Positions 15,983-24,395 of a stretch of DNA of 32,000 nt are shown piece by piece. Position numbers and translations under genes: made by a program. The notes beneath the pieces were generated by a model. That model saw only the letters and a list, made by a program, of their open reading frames with translations. It was not told where the DNA came from and did no database searches. This DNA comes from Candidatus Electrothrix sp. GW3-4 (GTDB lineage: Bacteria; Desulfobacterota; Desulfobulbia; Desulfobulbales; Desulfobulbaceae): assembly GCF_037902255.1 (NCBI RefSeq), contig NZ_CP147990.1, positions 630,001 through 662,000 on the forward strand, in the 5' to 3' direction. The stretch's first letter is position 1; each line of letters begins with the position of its first letter.

Positions 15983-17317
15983 ATGGATGTTGCGATTGAA
16001 GAAGTAAGCGAGCTGGCCCGGAAGGTAACTATTACCCTGCCTGCGGAGGATGTGCAAAAAGAGCTTGATAAAAAATACAACGAGCTGAAAAAAGAAGTCT
16101 CTCTGAAGGGGTTCCGTCGGGGAAAGGCCCCGATGTCCATCCTCAAGAAAAGCTTTAGAGATCGGGTTGAGCCGGAAGTCGCAGAAAAATTGGTGCAGGA
16201 GACCTATTTTGATGCGGTTGAAGAGAAGAAAATCAATGTCATTGTCCATCCTGAAATCCAGGAGACCACCTTTGCTGATGACGGTACCTTTACCTATGTT
16301 GCCATGGTCGAGGTCAAGCCTGAGTTTGAGCTGCAGGAATATAAGGGCCTTGAGGTTGAAAAGCCGAGCAGTGAGGTCACAGATGCTGAGGTGGAGAAGA
16401 AGGTTGATTCTCTTCGCCGTAGTAAGGCCGTGCTTCGCTCTGCGGAGGACGATCATGAGATCGCTATGGACGATATCGTGACCATTGATTTCCAGGGCTT
16501 CCACAACGAAAAGGCCCTGAAAGAGGTGCGCAACGAGAACTTCTCCGTTGATATGGGCACAGGGTACTTGGGAGAAGATTTTGAAGAGCGCCTGCTCGGG
16601 GTGAAAAAAGGCGAGACCATTCTTTATGAGAGCGATTTTCCTGCTGATTTTCAAAACCCTGTAATGGCAGGTAAGACCATTGAATTCAAGGTCGACGTGA
16701 AAGAAATCAAAGAGCGCCTCAAGCCTGAGCTGGATGATGAGTTTGCCAAAGATATTGATGAAAAATATGAGACCTTGGCTGACCTGCGGGACGCTATCTC
16801 CACAGAGCTGAAAGAAGAAAAAGAAGCTGCCCTTGAGGGCGATGTAAATGATCGCATTATGAAGAAGCTGCTTGCGATGAACAGCGAGTTCCCGATTCCT
16901 CAAAGAACGGTTGCCTATGAGATTCAGGAGATGATCAAGCAGACTGAGGAAAATCTGAAGCGAGCAGGACAAACCTTGGAGTCCGCTGGAATCAATAAAG
17001 AACAACTGTTTGAACATCACCGCGAGGCTGCTGAGAAGAGGGTGCGGGGTGACTTTATTCTGAAGAAGGTTGCCGAGCTTGAGGAACTTACCCTGACGGA
17101 TGAAGATCTTGAACAAGGATATAACCGGATTGCTGAGCAGTATAATATGTCTGTTGATGAAGTGAAAGGATACTTTAAACGTCGTGATGAGCTGATGCCC
17201 TTTATGGCCGAATTGCTGAACGAGAAAATCCTCAACTTCCTCCGAGATGCGGCAAAGCTTGTCGAAGTCGAGGCTGGGGCTGAAGAGTCCGGGGAAGAGG
17301 CAAGCCAAGACGCATAA
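15983..17317 (+). CDS. tig: Trigger factor (ribosome-associated PPIase chaperone)
   Basis: MDVAIEEVSELARKVTITLPAEDVQKELDKKYNELKKEVSLKGFRRGKAP is the characteristic N-terminus (GFRxGxxP ribosome-binding motif). It also has a central FKBP-like region and sits upstream of clpP-clpX-lon. Confidence 0.95.
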   Translation: MDVAIEEVSELARKVTITLPAEDVQKELDKKYNELKKEVSLKGFRRGKAPMSILKKSFRDRVEPEVAEKLVQETYFDAVEEKKINVIVHPEIQETTFADDGTFTYVAMVEVKPEFELQEYKGLEVEKPSSEVTDAEVEKKVDSLRRSKAVLRSAEDDHEIAMDDIVTIDFQGFHNEKALKEVRNENFSVDMGTGYLGEDFEERLLGVKKGETILYESDFPADFQNPVMAGKTIEFKVDVKEIKERLKPELDDEFAKDIDEKYETLADLRDAISTELKEEKEAALEGDVNDRIMKKLLAMNSEFPIPQRTVAYEIQEMIKQTEENLKRAGQTLESAGINKEQLFEHHREAAEKRVRGDFILKKVAELEELTLTDEDLEQGYNRIAEQYNMSVDEVKGYFKRRDELMPFMAELLNEKILNFLRDAAKLVEVEAGAEESGEEASQDA

Positions 17318-17343
17318 GCTGAATTTTTTTAAGGACGAGACAG

Positions 17344-17374
17344 CCGGACAGGAGCCCGTTCTGTCCGGTTTTTT
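17344..17374 (+). terminator. Rho-independent terminator/attenuator between tig and clpP
   Basis: CCGGACAG-gagcccgtt-CTGTCCGG followed by TTTTTT. Confidence 0.75.
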
Positions 17375-17393
17375 GTTTTGATGAGGAGAGAGT

Positions 17394-17996
17394 ATGAACC
17401 TGGTTCCAATGGTTGTTGAACAGAGTCCGCGCGGTGAGCGGGCCTTTGATATTTATTCGCGCCTACTCAGGGAACGGATTGTTTTTCTCGGAACCCCTGT
17501 GAGTGATGAGATCGCCAGTCTGATCGTGGCGCAGCTGCTTTTTCTTGAGGCAGATGACCCTGACAAGGATATCACCTTTTATATTAATTCACCGGGTGGG
17601 GTGGTGACTGCTGGTATGGCTATTTACGATACCATGCAGTACATTAACTGTGATGTCGCGACCCTCTGTATGGGGCAGGCTGCATCCATGGGGGCCTTTC
17701 TGCTTGCTGCCGGGGCAGAGGGGAAACGTTTCGCCCTCCCTAATTCACGGATTATGATCCATCAGCCGCTGGGTGGGTTTCAGGGGCAGGCCACGGATAT
17801 CGATATCCATGCTAAAGAGATTTTGCGAATGCGCAGCGATCTGAATCGGCTGCTCTCCCTGCATACCGGTAAACCGGTGAAGAAGATTGAGAGGGATACA
17901 GAGCGTGATAACTTTATGAGTGCCGAAGAAGCTGTAAAATACGGTTTGATCGACAAGGTGCTGGTACGCCGTGAGGATGCCAAGGAGGACGCGTAA
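17394..17996 (+). CDS. clpP: ATP-dependent Clp protease proteolytic subunit
   Basis: [52 protein letters not shown] (active-site Ser) and IMIHQPLGG (His). Confidence 0.97.
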   Translation: MNLVPMVVEQSPRGERAFDIYSRLLRERIVFLGTPVSDEIASLIVAQLLFLEADDPDKDITFYINSPGGVVTAGMAIYDTMQYINCDVATLCMGQAASMGAFLLAAGAEGKRFALPNSRIMIHQPLGGFQGQATDIDIHAKEILRMRSDLNRLLSLHTGKPVKKIERDTERDNFMSAEEAVKYGLIDKVLVRREDAKEDA

Positions 17997-19267
17997 TGAG
18001 TGATGAAGTTTCAGGCGGCTCTGCCGAGGTCTGTGTCTGTTCCTTCTGTGGTCGGGAGCAGGGAGAGGTGAATAACCTGATCGCTGGCCCTGATGTCTAT
18101 ATCTGTGACAGATGTATAGAACTCTGTAACGGTATGGTCAAGGAGCAGAGCGAAGGAGAGGGCGAGATTGTTGATGTCCCTTCTCCGGCTGTGCTGAAAC
18201 CAAAGGAAATTCATGCGCATCTGGATGACTATGTGATTGGCCAGGACTTTGCCAAACGCGTTTTATCTGTGGCGGTGCATAATCATTATAAACGGACAGA
18301 ATCCCGCCCGGAAGGTGTTGCTGATGATGTGGAGATTCAGAAATCCAACATCATTCTTATTGGCCCTACCGGCAGCGGCAAGACCCTGCTGGCGCAAACT
18401 CTGGCCAGGATTCTTAATGTTCCCTTTACCATAGCTGATGCCACTACGTTGACCGAGGCGGGGTATGTTGGTGATGATACTGAAAATATCTTGGTGAATC
18501 TGCTCCAGGCAGCGGATGATAATATTGAGCGGGCCCAGCACGGTATCGTCTATATTGACGAGATTGATAAGATTGCCCGGAAATCCGATTCTGCCTCCTT
18601 GACCCGCGATGTCTCGGGAGAGGGTGTGCAGCAGGCCCTGCTCAAGATTATTGAGGGCACTGTTGCCTCTATTCCTCCTAAGGGGGGGCGAAAGCATCCC
18701 CAGCAGGATTTGATTAAGATAGATACCACTAATATCCTCTTTATTGTCGGTGGCGCCTTTGTTGGGCTGGATCGGGTGATCAAGCGCCGCGCTGGAACAA
18801 AGGCCATCGGCTTTGGCGCCAAGATTGAAACCGGTCCAGAGAAGAGCGTGGGTGAATTGTTGACCGAGGTCCAGCCGGAAGATCTCCTTAAGTTCGGGCT
18901 GATTCCAGAGCTGTTAGGACGTTTACCCGTTATTGCTCCAATGAAAGAACTGGAGGAAGATGACTTGGTTCGTATCCTGAAAGAGCCGAAAAATGCCTTG
19001 ACCAAGCAGTACATTAAGCTGTTTGAGCTGGAGGGCATTACCCTACGCTTTACTGAGGGCGCGTTGAAAGAGGCGGCCTGCAAGGCTATGGCTCGTAATT
19101 CTGGAGCCCGCGGTTTACGTTCTGTCATGGAGGCAGCCATGCTTGACGTGATGTATGAGCTTCCTTCGGATGAACATGCTGTTGAATGTGTGATTAACGA
19201 GCAGGTGATCGCTGACGGCGAGTATCCTGTTATCCTCTATGATGCGGAAGATAAGAAAACCGCCTAG
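17996..19267 (+). CDS. clpX: ATP-dependent Clp protease ATP-binding subunit ClpX
   Basis: Zinc-binding N-terminus CSFCGR...CDRC, Walker [22 protein letters not shown] pore loop and IVYIDEIDK. The ATG overlaps the clpP stop (TAATG). Confidence 0.97.
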   Translation: MSDEVSGGSAEVCVCSFCGREQGEVNNLIAGPDVYICDRCIELCNGMVKEQSEGEGEIVDVPSPAVLKPKEIHAHLDDYVIGQDFAKRVLSVAVHNHYKRTESRPEGVADDVEIQKSNIILIGPTGSGKTLLAQTLARILNVPFTIADATTLTEAGYVGDDTENILVNLLQAADDNIERAQHGIVYIDEIDKIARKSDSASLTRDVSGEGVQQALLKIIEGTVASIPPKGGRKHPQQDLIKIDTTNILFIVGGAFVGLDRVIKRRAGTKAIGFGAKIETGPEKSVGELLTEVQPEDLLKFGLIPELLGRLPVIAPMKELEEDDLVRILKEPKNALTKQYIKLFELEGITLRFTEGALKEAACKAMARNSGARGLRSVMEAAMLDVMYELPSDEHAVECVINEQVIADGEYPVILYDAEDKKTA

Positions 19268-19280
19268 TCGACCTGTAATC

Positions 19281-19327
19281 AGGTGCGAAGATAACGGGGA
19301 GAAGGCCGTTTCTCCCTGTGCGCACCT
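19281..19327 (+). other. Extended stem-loop between clpX and lon (attenuator / processing or stabilising hairpin)
   Basis: The outer stem AGGTGCG (19281-87) pairs with CGCACCT (19321-27). The inner 10-bp stem 19294-19303 pairs with 19310-19319 (ACGGGGAGAA/TTCTCCCTGT, one G-U). It starts 14 nt after the clpX stop and has no U tract. Confidence 0.45.
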
Positions 19328-19363
19328 CTTCTCTCTCCCGCCCTTCCTTGATTATCTTTAATT

Positions 19364-21766
19364 ATGTTTGATGCTAATGTACAGCAATACCCTGTTATGC
19401 CCTTGAGGGATGTCGTGATTTTTCCTGGCATGGTTGCCCCCTTGGTCGTGGGCCGAAAAAAATCTGCTCGTGCCCTGGAATATGCCATGAAGGAACGCTC
19501 GCTGATTTTTTTGGTCACCCAAAAAGATGCTAGTATTGAAGAGCCTGGGTCAGAGCATCTCTACGAGTGCGGTGTGCTTGCCTCTGTCATGCAGTTGTTG
19601 CGCCTGCCAGACGGGACCATCAAGGCCCTGATTGAGGGCAAACGCAGAGCCATCGTGGAGGCGTATAGTGAAGATGAGGACTACTTGCGTGCCGAGGTCA
19701 GAGAGGCTGGGGATCAACATACCGAGAGTGTCGAGCTGCCTGTATACAATCGCGAGCTGAAACAGGTTTTTGAACGCTATGCCAAGATTGAAAAAAGTAT
19801 TCCGGTAGAGGTGCTTAAGTCGGTTACGGCCTTGGAAAATCCAGCCCTGCGGGTTGATTTAATCTGCTCACATCTCCGCCTCGGGACCGAGGAAAAGCAG
19901 GCGATTCTTGAGATTCTGCACTTGCCTGATCGTATCCGTCGAGTGTTGGAGATCTTGTACCGCGAGTTGGAACTGCATGAGCTTGAAAAAGACATCGACA
20001 TTCGCGTCAAGAAAAAGATGAACGAGAGCCAGCGTCACTATTATCTCAACGAGAAGGTCAAAGAGATTCAGACAGAGATGGGGCAGGCCGGAGATGACCT
20101 TGATGAGCTGCAGGAGGCATTAAAAGAAAAAGAGCTCCCGGAATCGGTGCGGGAAAAAGCAGACAGAGAGTTAAGTAAACTTCGGGCCATGCCACCAATG
20201 TCTGCGGAAACCACTGTGGTGCGCAATTATCTTGAGACGATTATTAGTCTGCCCTGGGTGGAGAAGGATGATGCGTCTATTGATATTGAAAAGGCTGAGG
20301 ATATCCTGAATGAGGATCATTATGGCCTGAAAAAACCGAAAGAGCGGATTCTGGAATACCTTGCCGTTCAAAGTCAGGTACAGAAGCTGAGAGGGCCTAT
20401 TCTGTGTTTGGTGGGGCCTCCTGGCGTGGGAAAGACCTCGGTCTGTAAATCCATTGCCAGGGCTATGGACCGGAAATTTGTCCGACTGTCGCTGGGTGGA
20501 ATCCGCGACGAGGCAGAGATTCGAGGGCATCGACGAACCTATATCGGAGCCATGCCTGGCAAGATCATCCATTCCATGCAAAAGGCAGAGGTGGTTAATC
20601 CGGTGTTCTGTCTTGATGAGGTGGACAAGATGAGCGTCGATTTTCGTGGCGATCCCTCATCGGCGTTGCTGGAGGTTCTGGATCCGGAGCAGAATTACGC
20701 CTTTAATGACCATTATCTTGATCTTGATTATGATTTATCCGAGGTGTTTTTTATCGCAACGGCCAATAATCTGCACGGTATTCCACTGCCTCTGCAGGAC
20801 CGCATGGAGATCATTCGCCTGAACGGCTACACTGAAGAGGATAAGTTGGAGATTGCTGAGCGATTTCTTGTTCCCAAACAGTTAGGGCTGAACGGCTTCC
20901 AAGAGGAGGATATTCTCTTTGCCAAGGAGGCTGTGCTGGAAATTGTCCGGCACTATACGCGCGAAGCTGGCGTACGGAATTTGGAGCGGACCATTGCTGC
21001 TGTCTGTCGTAAGATTGCTCGAGACCGCCTGAAAAGAAAGGAGCCGACCCGAAAATATCAGCTCTCAGATCAATCTGTGGACGAGTATCTCGGGGTGCCC
21101 AAGTACAGATTCGGCTTAGCTGAAGAGCGCGACGCCATTGGCCTGGTAACAGGTCTGGCCTGGACCGAAGTCGGTGGTGAGCTGTTACAGATTGAGTCGG
21201 TGTTGATGCCTGGGACCGGCAAGATGACGGTAACCGGAAAGTTGGGGGATGTTATGCAGGAGTCGGCCCAGGCAGCTCTCTCCTATGTCCGTTCCCGTTC
21301 CATGCGCCTCGGGCTGGAGGTGGATTTTTATCAGAAATTAGATATCCATGTTCATATTCCAGAAGGGGCCATCCCTAAGGATGGGCCTTCTGCGGGAATT
21401 ACTATTGCCACCTCCATTATTTCCGCACTCTTGAAATACCCTGTTGATCGACATCTGGCGATGACAGGTGAGATCACCCTGCGCGGTAGAGTCTTGCCCA
21501 TTGGTGGACTGACGGAAAAATTGTTGGCTGCTAAGCGAGGTAATATTACTCGTATCCTCCTCCCTGCGGAGAATAAAAGGGATCTGGAAGAGGTTCCTGT
21601 GCGGATCCGAGAAAGTCTTGATATCGCCTTTGTTGATCATGTCGACGATGTATTGCTTAAGGCATTGATCCTTCCAGGAGGGGAGCAACTTTTTAAAGAT
21701 GTCTCTATGGAGAGTATTTTGAAGGATGTTGCTTTGTCAGCGCATAATACAACGGTACAGCAGTAA
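19364..21766 (+). CDS. lon: ATP-dependent Lon protease (LonA)
   Basis: N-terminal LON domain ([23 protein letters not shown]), Walker [10 protein letters not shown], and protease domain [19 protein letters not shown] (catalytic Ser) with [14 protein letters not shown]. Confidence 0.97.
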   Translation: MFDANVQQYPVMPLRDVVIFPGMVAPLVVGRKKSARALEYAMKERSLIFLVTQKDASIEEPGSEHLYECGVLASVMQLLRLPDGTIKALIEGKRRAIVEAYSEDEDYLRAEVREAGDQHTESVELPVYNRELKQVFERYAKIEKSIPVEVLKSVTALENPALRVDLICSHLRLGTEEKQAILEILHLPDRIRRVLEILYRELELHELEKDIDIRVKKKMNESQRHYYLNEKVKEIQTEMGQAGDDLDELQEALKEKELPESVREKADRELSKLRAMPPMSAETTVVRNYLETIISLPWVEKDDASIDIEKAEDILNEDHYGLKKPKERILEYLAVQSQVQKLRGPILCLVGPPGVGKTSVCKSIARAMDRKFVRLSLGGIRDEAEIRGHRRTYIGAMPGKIIHSMQKAEVVNPVFCLDEVDKMSVDFRGDPSSALLEVLDPEQNYAFNDHYLDLDYDLSEVFFIATANNLHGIPLPLQDRMEIIRLNGYTEEDKLEIAERFLVPKQLGLNGFQEEDILFAKEAVLEIVRHYTREAGVRNLERTIAAVCRKIARDRLKRKEPTRKYQLSDQSVDEYLGVPKYRFGLAEERDAIGLVTGLAWTEVGGELLQIESVLMPGTGKMTVTGKLGDVMQESAQAALSYVRSRSMRLGLEVDFYQKLDIHVHIPEGAIPKDGPSAGITIATSIISALLKYPVDRHLAMTGEITLRGRVLPIGGLTEKLLAAKRGNITRILLPAENKRDLEEVPVRIRESLDIAFVDHVDDVLLKALILPGGEQLFKDVSMESILKDVALSAHNTTVQQ

Positions 21767-21848
21767 CTCTTGTATCAGAAAAATATTTTTCTTCTTGTTG
21801 ATAATACGTTGTTCTCGATTTTTTGTCATTTAAAGTGTTCTTTTCTGC

Positions 21849-21877
21849 TTGACGCAGATTGTAAAAAATGATATAAA
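21849..21877 (+). promoter_or_regulatory. Putative sigma70 promoter for the tRNA-Val/tRNA-Asp pair
   Basis: TTGACG (21849-21854), a 17-nt spacer, then TATAAA (21872-21877). tRNA-Val starts 16 nt later. Confidence 0.5.
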
Positions 21878-21892
21878 TGGCTCAACGATTTG

Positions 21893-21968
21893 GGGCGAAT
21901 AGCTCAGTTGGGAGAGCATCGGCCTTACAAGCCGAGGGTCACAGGTTCGAGCCCTGTTTCGCCCACCA
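21893..21968 (+). tRNA. tRNA-Val (anticodon UAC), CCA encoded
   Basis: Acceptor GGGCGAA/TTCGCCC, D arm GCTC-AGTTGGGA-GAGC, anticodon stem TCGGC/GCCGA with loop CTTACAA, T arm ACAGG-TTCGAGC-CCTGT. Confidence 0.95.
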
Positions 21969-21978
21969 AATTACTTAC

Positions 21979-22055
21979 GGGGTCGTAGTTCAGCTGGTTA
22001 GAATGCCGGCCTGTCACGCCGGAGGTCGCGAGTTCGAGTCTCGTCGGCCCCGCCA
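21979..22055 (+). tRNA. tRNA-Asp (anticodon GUC), CCA encoded
   Basis: Acceptor GGGGTCG/CGGCCCC (one G-U), anticodon stem CCGGC/GCCGG with loop CTGTCAC, T arm GCGAG-TTCGAGT-CTCGT. Confidence 0.95.
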
Positions 22056-22064
22056 GTAGTTTTA

Positions 22065-22100
22065 GGGAGTTAACGGTTTTTCCGTTGACTCCCTTTTTTT
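22065..22100 (+). terminator. Rho-independent terminator after tRNA-Asp
   Basis: A 12-bp stem GGGAGTTAACGG / CCGTTGACTCCC (one G-U), loop TTTTT, then TTTTTTT. Confidence 0.85.
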
Positions 22101-22157
22101 GTGGGTTCCTTGTTGTTCATTCCTGGTGTCTTAAAAATCGCTTGAACATGATTCGAG

Positions 22158-22346
22158 GGGACCCGATTCTTGATCAAAATTCATTTCTTCGTCCTGCCAA
22201 ATAAAATGCTCAACCTGAAGGTGGCAAATGGCAGAGAAGTGTCTCTGACGGGGGCTTCTACAGAAAGGCTGGAAAAGAAAGAACGGTTTCATGAGGAGCT
22301 CTACCTTACTTTTCGGTGATTACTGTCTTGACAATGGGGTCCACTT
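22158..22346 (+). mobile_element. MITE-like, transposase-less derivative with IS3-type ends (~189 bp)
   Basis: The left end GGGACCC-GATTCTTGATCA (22158-) matches 15/20 with one gap to the left IR of the intact IS3-family element (TGGACCCCTATTCTTGGACA, 25851-). The right end CTTGACAATGGGGTCCA (to 22343) mirrors that IS's right end TTGACTATGGGGTCCA (to 27182). There is no ORF inside. Confidence 0.5.
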
Positions 22347-22348
22347 AA

Positions 22349-22510
22349 AAAGATTATGCATACACGGACGAAAACGGTTTCAAGATAGGGAGTAGTATAA
22401 AAAAGGTGCGTAGCAAGCTGGGAAACGGCGGGAAAAGTACAATCTCAGACAAAAAGAACGGGATCATCTATTGGCATGACGGAAAAAAGTCAAAAAGATT
22501 GTTTTGGTGA
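22349..22510 (+). pseudogene. Start-less 3' gene fragment abutting the MITE right end
   Basis: An open frame without a start codon reads KDYAYTDENGFKIGSSIKKVRSKLGNGGKSTISDKKNGIIYWHDGKKSKRLFW*. It looks protein-like but I cannot name the family. Confidence 0.25.
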
Positions 22511-22525
22511 AATCGCTCTCAGTAT

Positions 22526-22558
22526 AAAAACCGGGTCACGCGCTGCGCAGGCACCCGG
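22526..22558 (-). terminator. Terminator hairpin 5 nt downstream of the RelE-like toxin stop
   Basis: The minus strand reads CCGGGT-(16 nt)-ACCCGG followed by TTTTT. Confidence 0.6.
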
Positions 22559-22563
22559 CATAA

Positions 22564-22899
22564 TTACAAACCTAAACTTTTAATCATCTCACTGATATGA
22601 TTTTCTTTGATATCATTCTGTTTCGATTTTGCATAAACCGTTAATAGCAAGATCTCCTTGTCATTCAGGATGATATAATAAATCACTCTGAATCCGCCGC
22701 TTTTCCCTTTCTTCTGATCGGAAGAGGCTACACGGGCCTTGTAAACTTTGTTTTCAAAACCGGCAACAGCATCACCTATAAATTGACCGGATTCAAGCTG
22801 GTCCAGGAGAGGCAGGAAGTCTTCCCTGATATGCCGATACTTCTTTGCGAGTTTCTTGGTTTCCCTTGCAAAGGTGTCCGTAATTTTTACGCTGTACAT
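22564..22899 (-). CDS. Type II toxin, RelE/ParE superfamily (HigB/Gp49-like)
   Basis: 111 aa. The block YKARVASSDQKKGKSGGFRVIYYIILNDKEILLLTVYAKSKQNDI is the typical RelE/ParE-fold core. The start codon directly abuts the stop of the upstream antitoxin (TAAATG). Confidence 0.85.
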   Translation of the reverse strand: MYSVKITDTFARETKKLAKKYRHIREDFLPLLDQLESGQFIGDAVAGFENKVYKARVASSDQKKGKSGGFRVIYYIILNDKEILLLTVYAKSKQNDIKENHISEMIKSLGL

Positions 22900-23154
22900 T
22901 TACAGCTCTCTGTCGGAATCGGAAAGGAAGTCACGAGCGGAACAAAGCTCCTTTTTGCCGTCCTTATACGCCTTGACCTCTTTCAAAGCTTCAAATAAAG
23001 AGTCAATTGCGTTACCGGAACTTTCCCCTGTCCATCCTCCCAGCTTTTCCAATACATATTCTTTCATTGAAATCCCTTTAAGCAAAGCAGCCGCTTTGAT
23101 GGCGCGGTGCTGGGATTCGGGCAATTCAATAACGAGCCTTTTCATTCCGGGCAT
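22900..23154 (-). CDS. Ribbon-helix-helix (CopG/ParD-like) antitoxin
   Basis: MKRLVIELPESQHRAIKAAALLKGISMKEYVLEKL is an RHH beta-strand plus two helices. The C-terminal tail ALKEVKAYKDGKKEL is typical of toxin-wrapping segments. The ATG at 23154 is preceded by AAGGTG plus 6 nt; the track start at 23163 is a GTG. Confidence 0.8.
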   Translation of the reverse strand: MPGMKRLVIELPESQHRAIKAAALLKGISMKEYVLEKLGGWTGESSGNAIDSLFEALKEVKAYKDGKKELCSARDFLSDSDREL

Positions 23155-23233
23155 ATTAATCACCTTTGTATTTTTTGTGAATGTCGCAGGTAGCGCAGTG
23201 GAAAATCAGCTTCACAGGCTACACGCTACTTAT

Positions 23234-23262
23234 ACAATATGATAATATGTACATTTTGTCAA
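23234..23262 (-). promoter_or_regulatory. Putative sigma70 promoter of the RHH-RelE operon
   Basis: The minus strand reads TTGACA (23262-23257), a 17-nt spacer, then TATTGT (23239-23234). The spacer contains direct CATATT repeats (CATATTATCATATT) that could be an operator. Confidence 0.4.
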
Positions 23263-23572
23263 ATGAACATGAAAGGTGATTTGCAACCGCATCGGAGCAT
23301 AACTGCTGTCGACGGCGTTCATGACGGCCAAAAAGGGGAAAATGGGCAAAAAGGCGGGTTGGAGGGCCGTAAGAGGGCCTGTTTTGTGCGACTGGTGCGA
23401 CTCAGACCGTTTAAAACCGTCTAAAATGGTCTATTGTTTCCTGAGTCGGTCATTTTTCACGGCTTCTCACGCCGTAAACAGGGGCAGGAAATATACGCAT
23501 TAAGGTATCACAGCCCAAAATCGAACCGCACAGCTATGCTGGTTACAGGTCGGGGTCGCAGGTTCGAATCCC

Positions 23573-23655
23573 AAAGGCTGGAAAAGGAAGAACGGTTTCA
23601 TGAGGAGCTCTATCTTACTTTTCGGTGATTACTGTCTTGACAATGGGGTCCACTT
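23573..23655 (+). repeat. Second copy (81/83 identical) of the IS3-type right-end segment found at 22264-22346
   Basis: AAAGGCTGGAAAAGGAAGAACGGTTTCATGAGGAGCTCTATCTTACTTTTCGGTGATTACTGTCTTGACAATGGGGTCCACTT differs from 22264-22346 at only two positions. No matching left end lies nearby. Confidence 0.9.
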
Positions 23656-23790
23656 TAGTTGGCTTGAATGCACCCTTGAGGACAAAATCCCGGAGTACAA
23701 GGAGTGGATAACCGCAAGAAGGCTTGAAGATGCCGAAGGGCTAGAGCAGGAAAGAAAGATTGCGTGAAAATTACTTGCGGTTAATCAAAT

Positions 23791-23825
23791 AAAAACCGGG
23801 TTACGCGCGATAAGCACGTACCCGG
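23791..23825 (-). terminator. Terminator-like hairpin downstream of the YhaV-like toxin, homologous to the one at 22526-22558
   Basis: The minus strand reads CCGGGT-(18 nt)-ACCCGG followed by TTTTT, 54 nt after the stop. It shares ATAAAAACCGGGTnACGCGC and ACCCGGCA with the 22526 hairpin. Confidence 0.5.
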
Positions 23826-23878
23826 CAAATGACTATAAATCGCATGCCCCGAAGGGCAAAAAAACGATGAACTTTGTA

Positions 23879-24376
23879 TCACCGAACAGTGGGGTGTTGT
23901 ATTAGCTGTTCCTGGGTTAATTGCTCAATACTTCGAGAATCAAGTGGATGTTTTGAGGATAAAATTTGACCCGCGTAATCCTTTTCGTCTGAAGCGAACG
24001 CTTTCAAGAACACCTTGTAAGGATCACTTTTTGAACCGTCCTTTCTGAGAGTCTTTTCGTCATTCGTCCAGATATAACATATCAGCTTGCCTGTACCCTG
24101 AAATAAAAACAATAGCCGATATCGTCCAAGGTATTTTGCCCTGCGAAGTTGCTTCAGTTCTTTTTTAAGATAATATTGTCTTCTATTAGGGTTTTGCGGA
24201 ATGTCCGTCAAAATCAATCTGGTAATATGCTTCAGCCGTTTGTATTGTAAACTATTAGTGTAGTTTTCCGGGTCGTTTTTCTTTTGATTTTCAACGAGCT
24301 TTATCAAGTCCTCGAAAACTTTTTCAAACTCCTGATGCACATATAGTTGCCAGTCATTTACAACGTGAATCCCCAT
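23879..24376 (-). CDS. yhaV: YhaV-family toxin (type II TA ribonuclease family)
   Basis: VNDWQLYVHQEFEKVFEDLIKLVENQKKNDPENY, RAKYLGRYRLLFLF and ICYIWTNDEKTLRKDGSKSDPYKVFLKAF align block by block with E. coli YhaV as I recall it (NGWALYAHPCF..., DPENY, GRYRLFF, WMNDENTLRTYGKKTDAYTVFSKML). Confidence 0.8.
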   Translation of the reverse strand: MGIHVVNDWQLYVHQEFEKVFEDLIKLVENQKKNDPENYTNSLQYKRLKHITRLILTDIPQNPNRRQYYLKKELKQLRRAKYLGRYRLLFLFQGTGKLICYIWTNDEKTLRKDGSKSDPYKVFLKAFASDEKDYAGQILSSKHPLDSRSIEQLTQEQLIQHPTVR

Positions 24377-24395
24377 TTACCCCGTCGCCGCTTTA

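Noticed and set aside
15872-17308. 478-aa ORF antisense to tig. Similar long antisense ORFs occur at 8751-9932, 7150-7851, 5885-6691, 13577-14296, 18550-19140 and 14838-15344.
   Set aside because: Each one fully overlaps a gene with unmistakable family motifs on the other strand. Their translations are low-complexity or biased (L/F/K/S-rich) with no recognisable motifs. They are typical shadow ORFs.
21877-22059. 60-aa ORF (MAQRFGANSSVGRASALQAEGHRFEP...)
   Set aside because: It is a translation straight through tRNA-Val and tRNA-Asp, so it is an artefact.
23548-23572. tRNA-like T-arm sequence GGTCGCAGGTTCGAATCCC directly upstream of repeat copy B. A second GGTTCGAATCC lies at 31008-31018.
   Set aside because: I could not build an acceptor, D or anticodon arm around either one, and the T stems themselves do not close. 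They do not match the 3' end of tRNA-Asp, so they are not the island's att repeat. They may be tRNA-gene relics, but this is unsupported.
23239-23628. Three overlapping 60-64-aa plus-strand ORFs in the gap between the two TA loci
   Set aside because: They have Gly/Lys/Arg-rich odd composition, no SD and no motifs. One runs into the IS-end repeat. I treat the region as non-coding debris.
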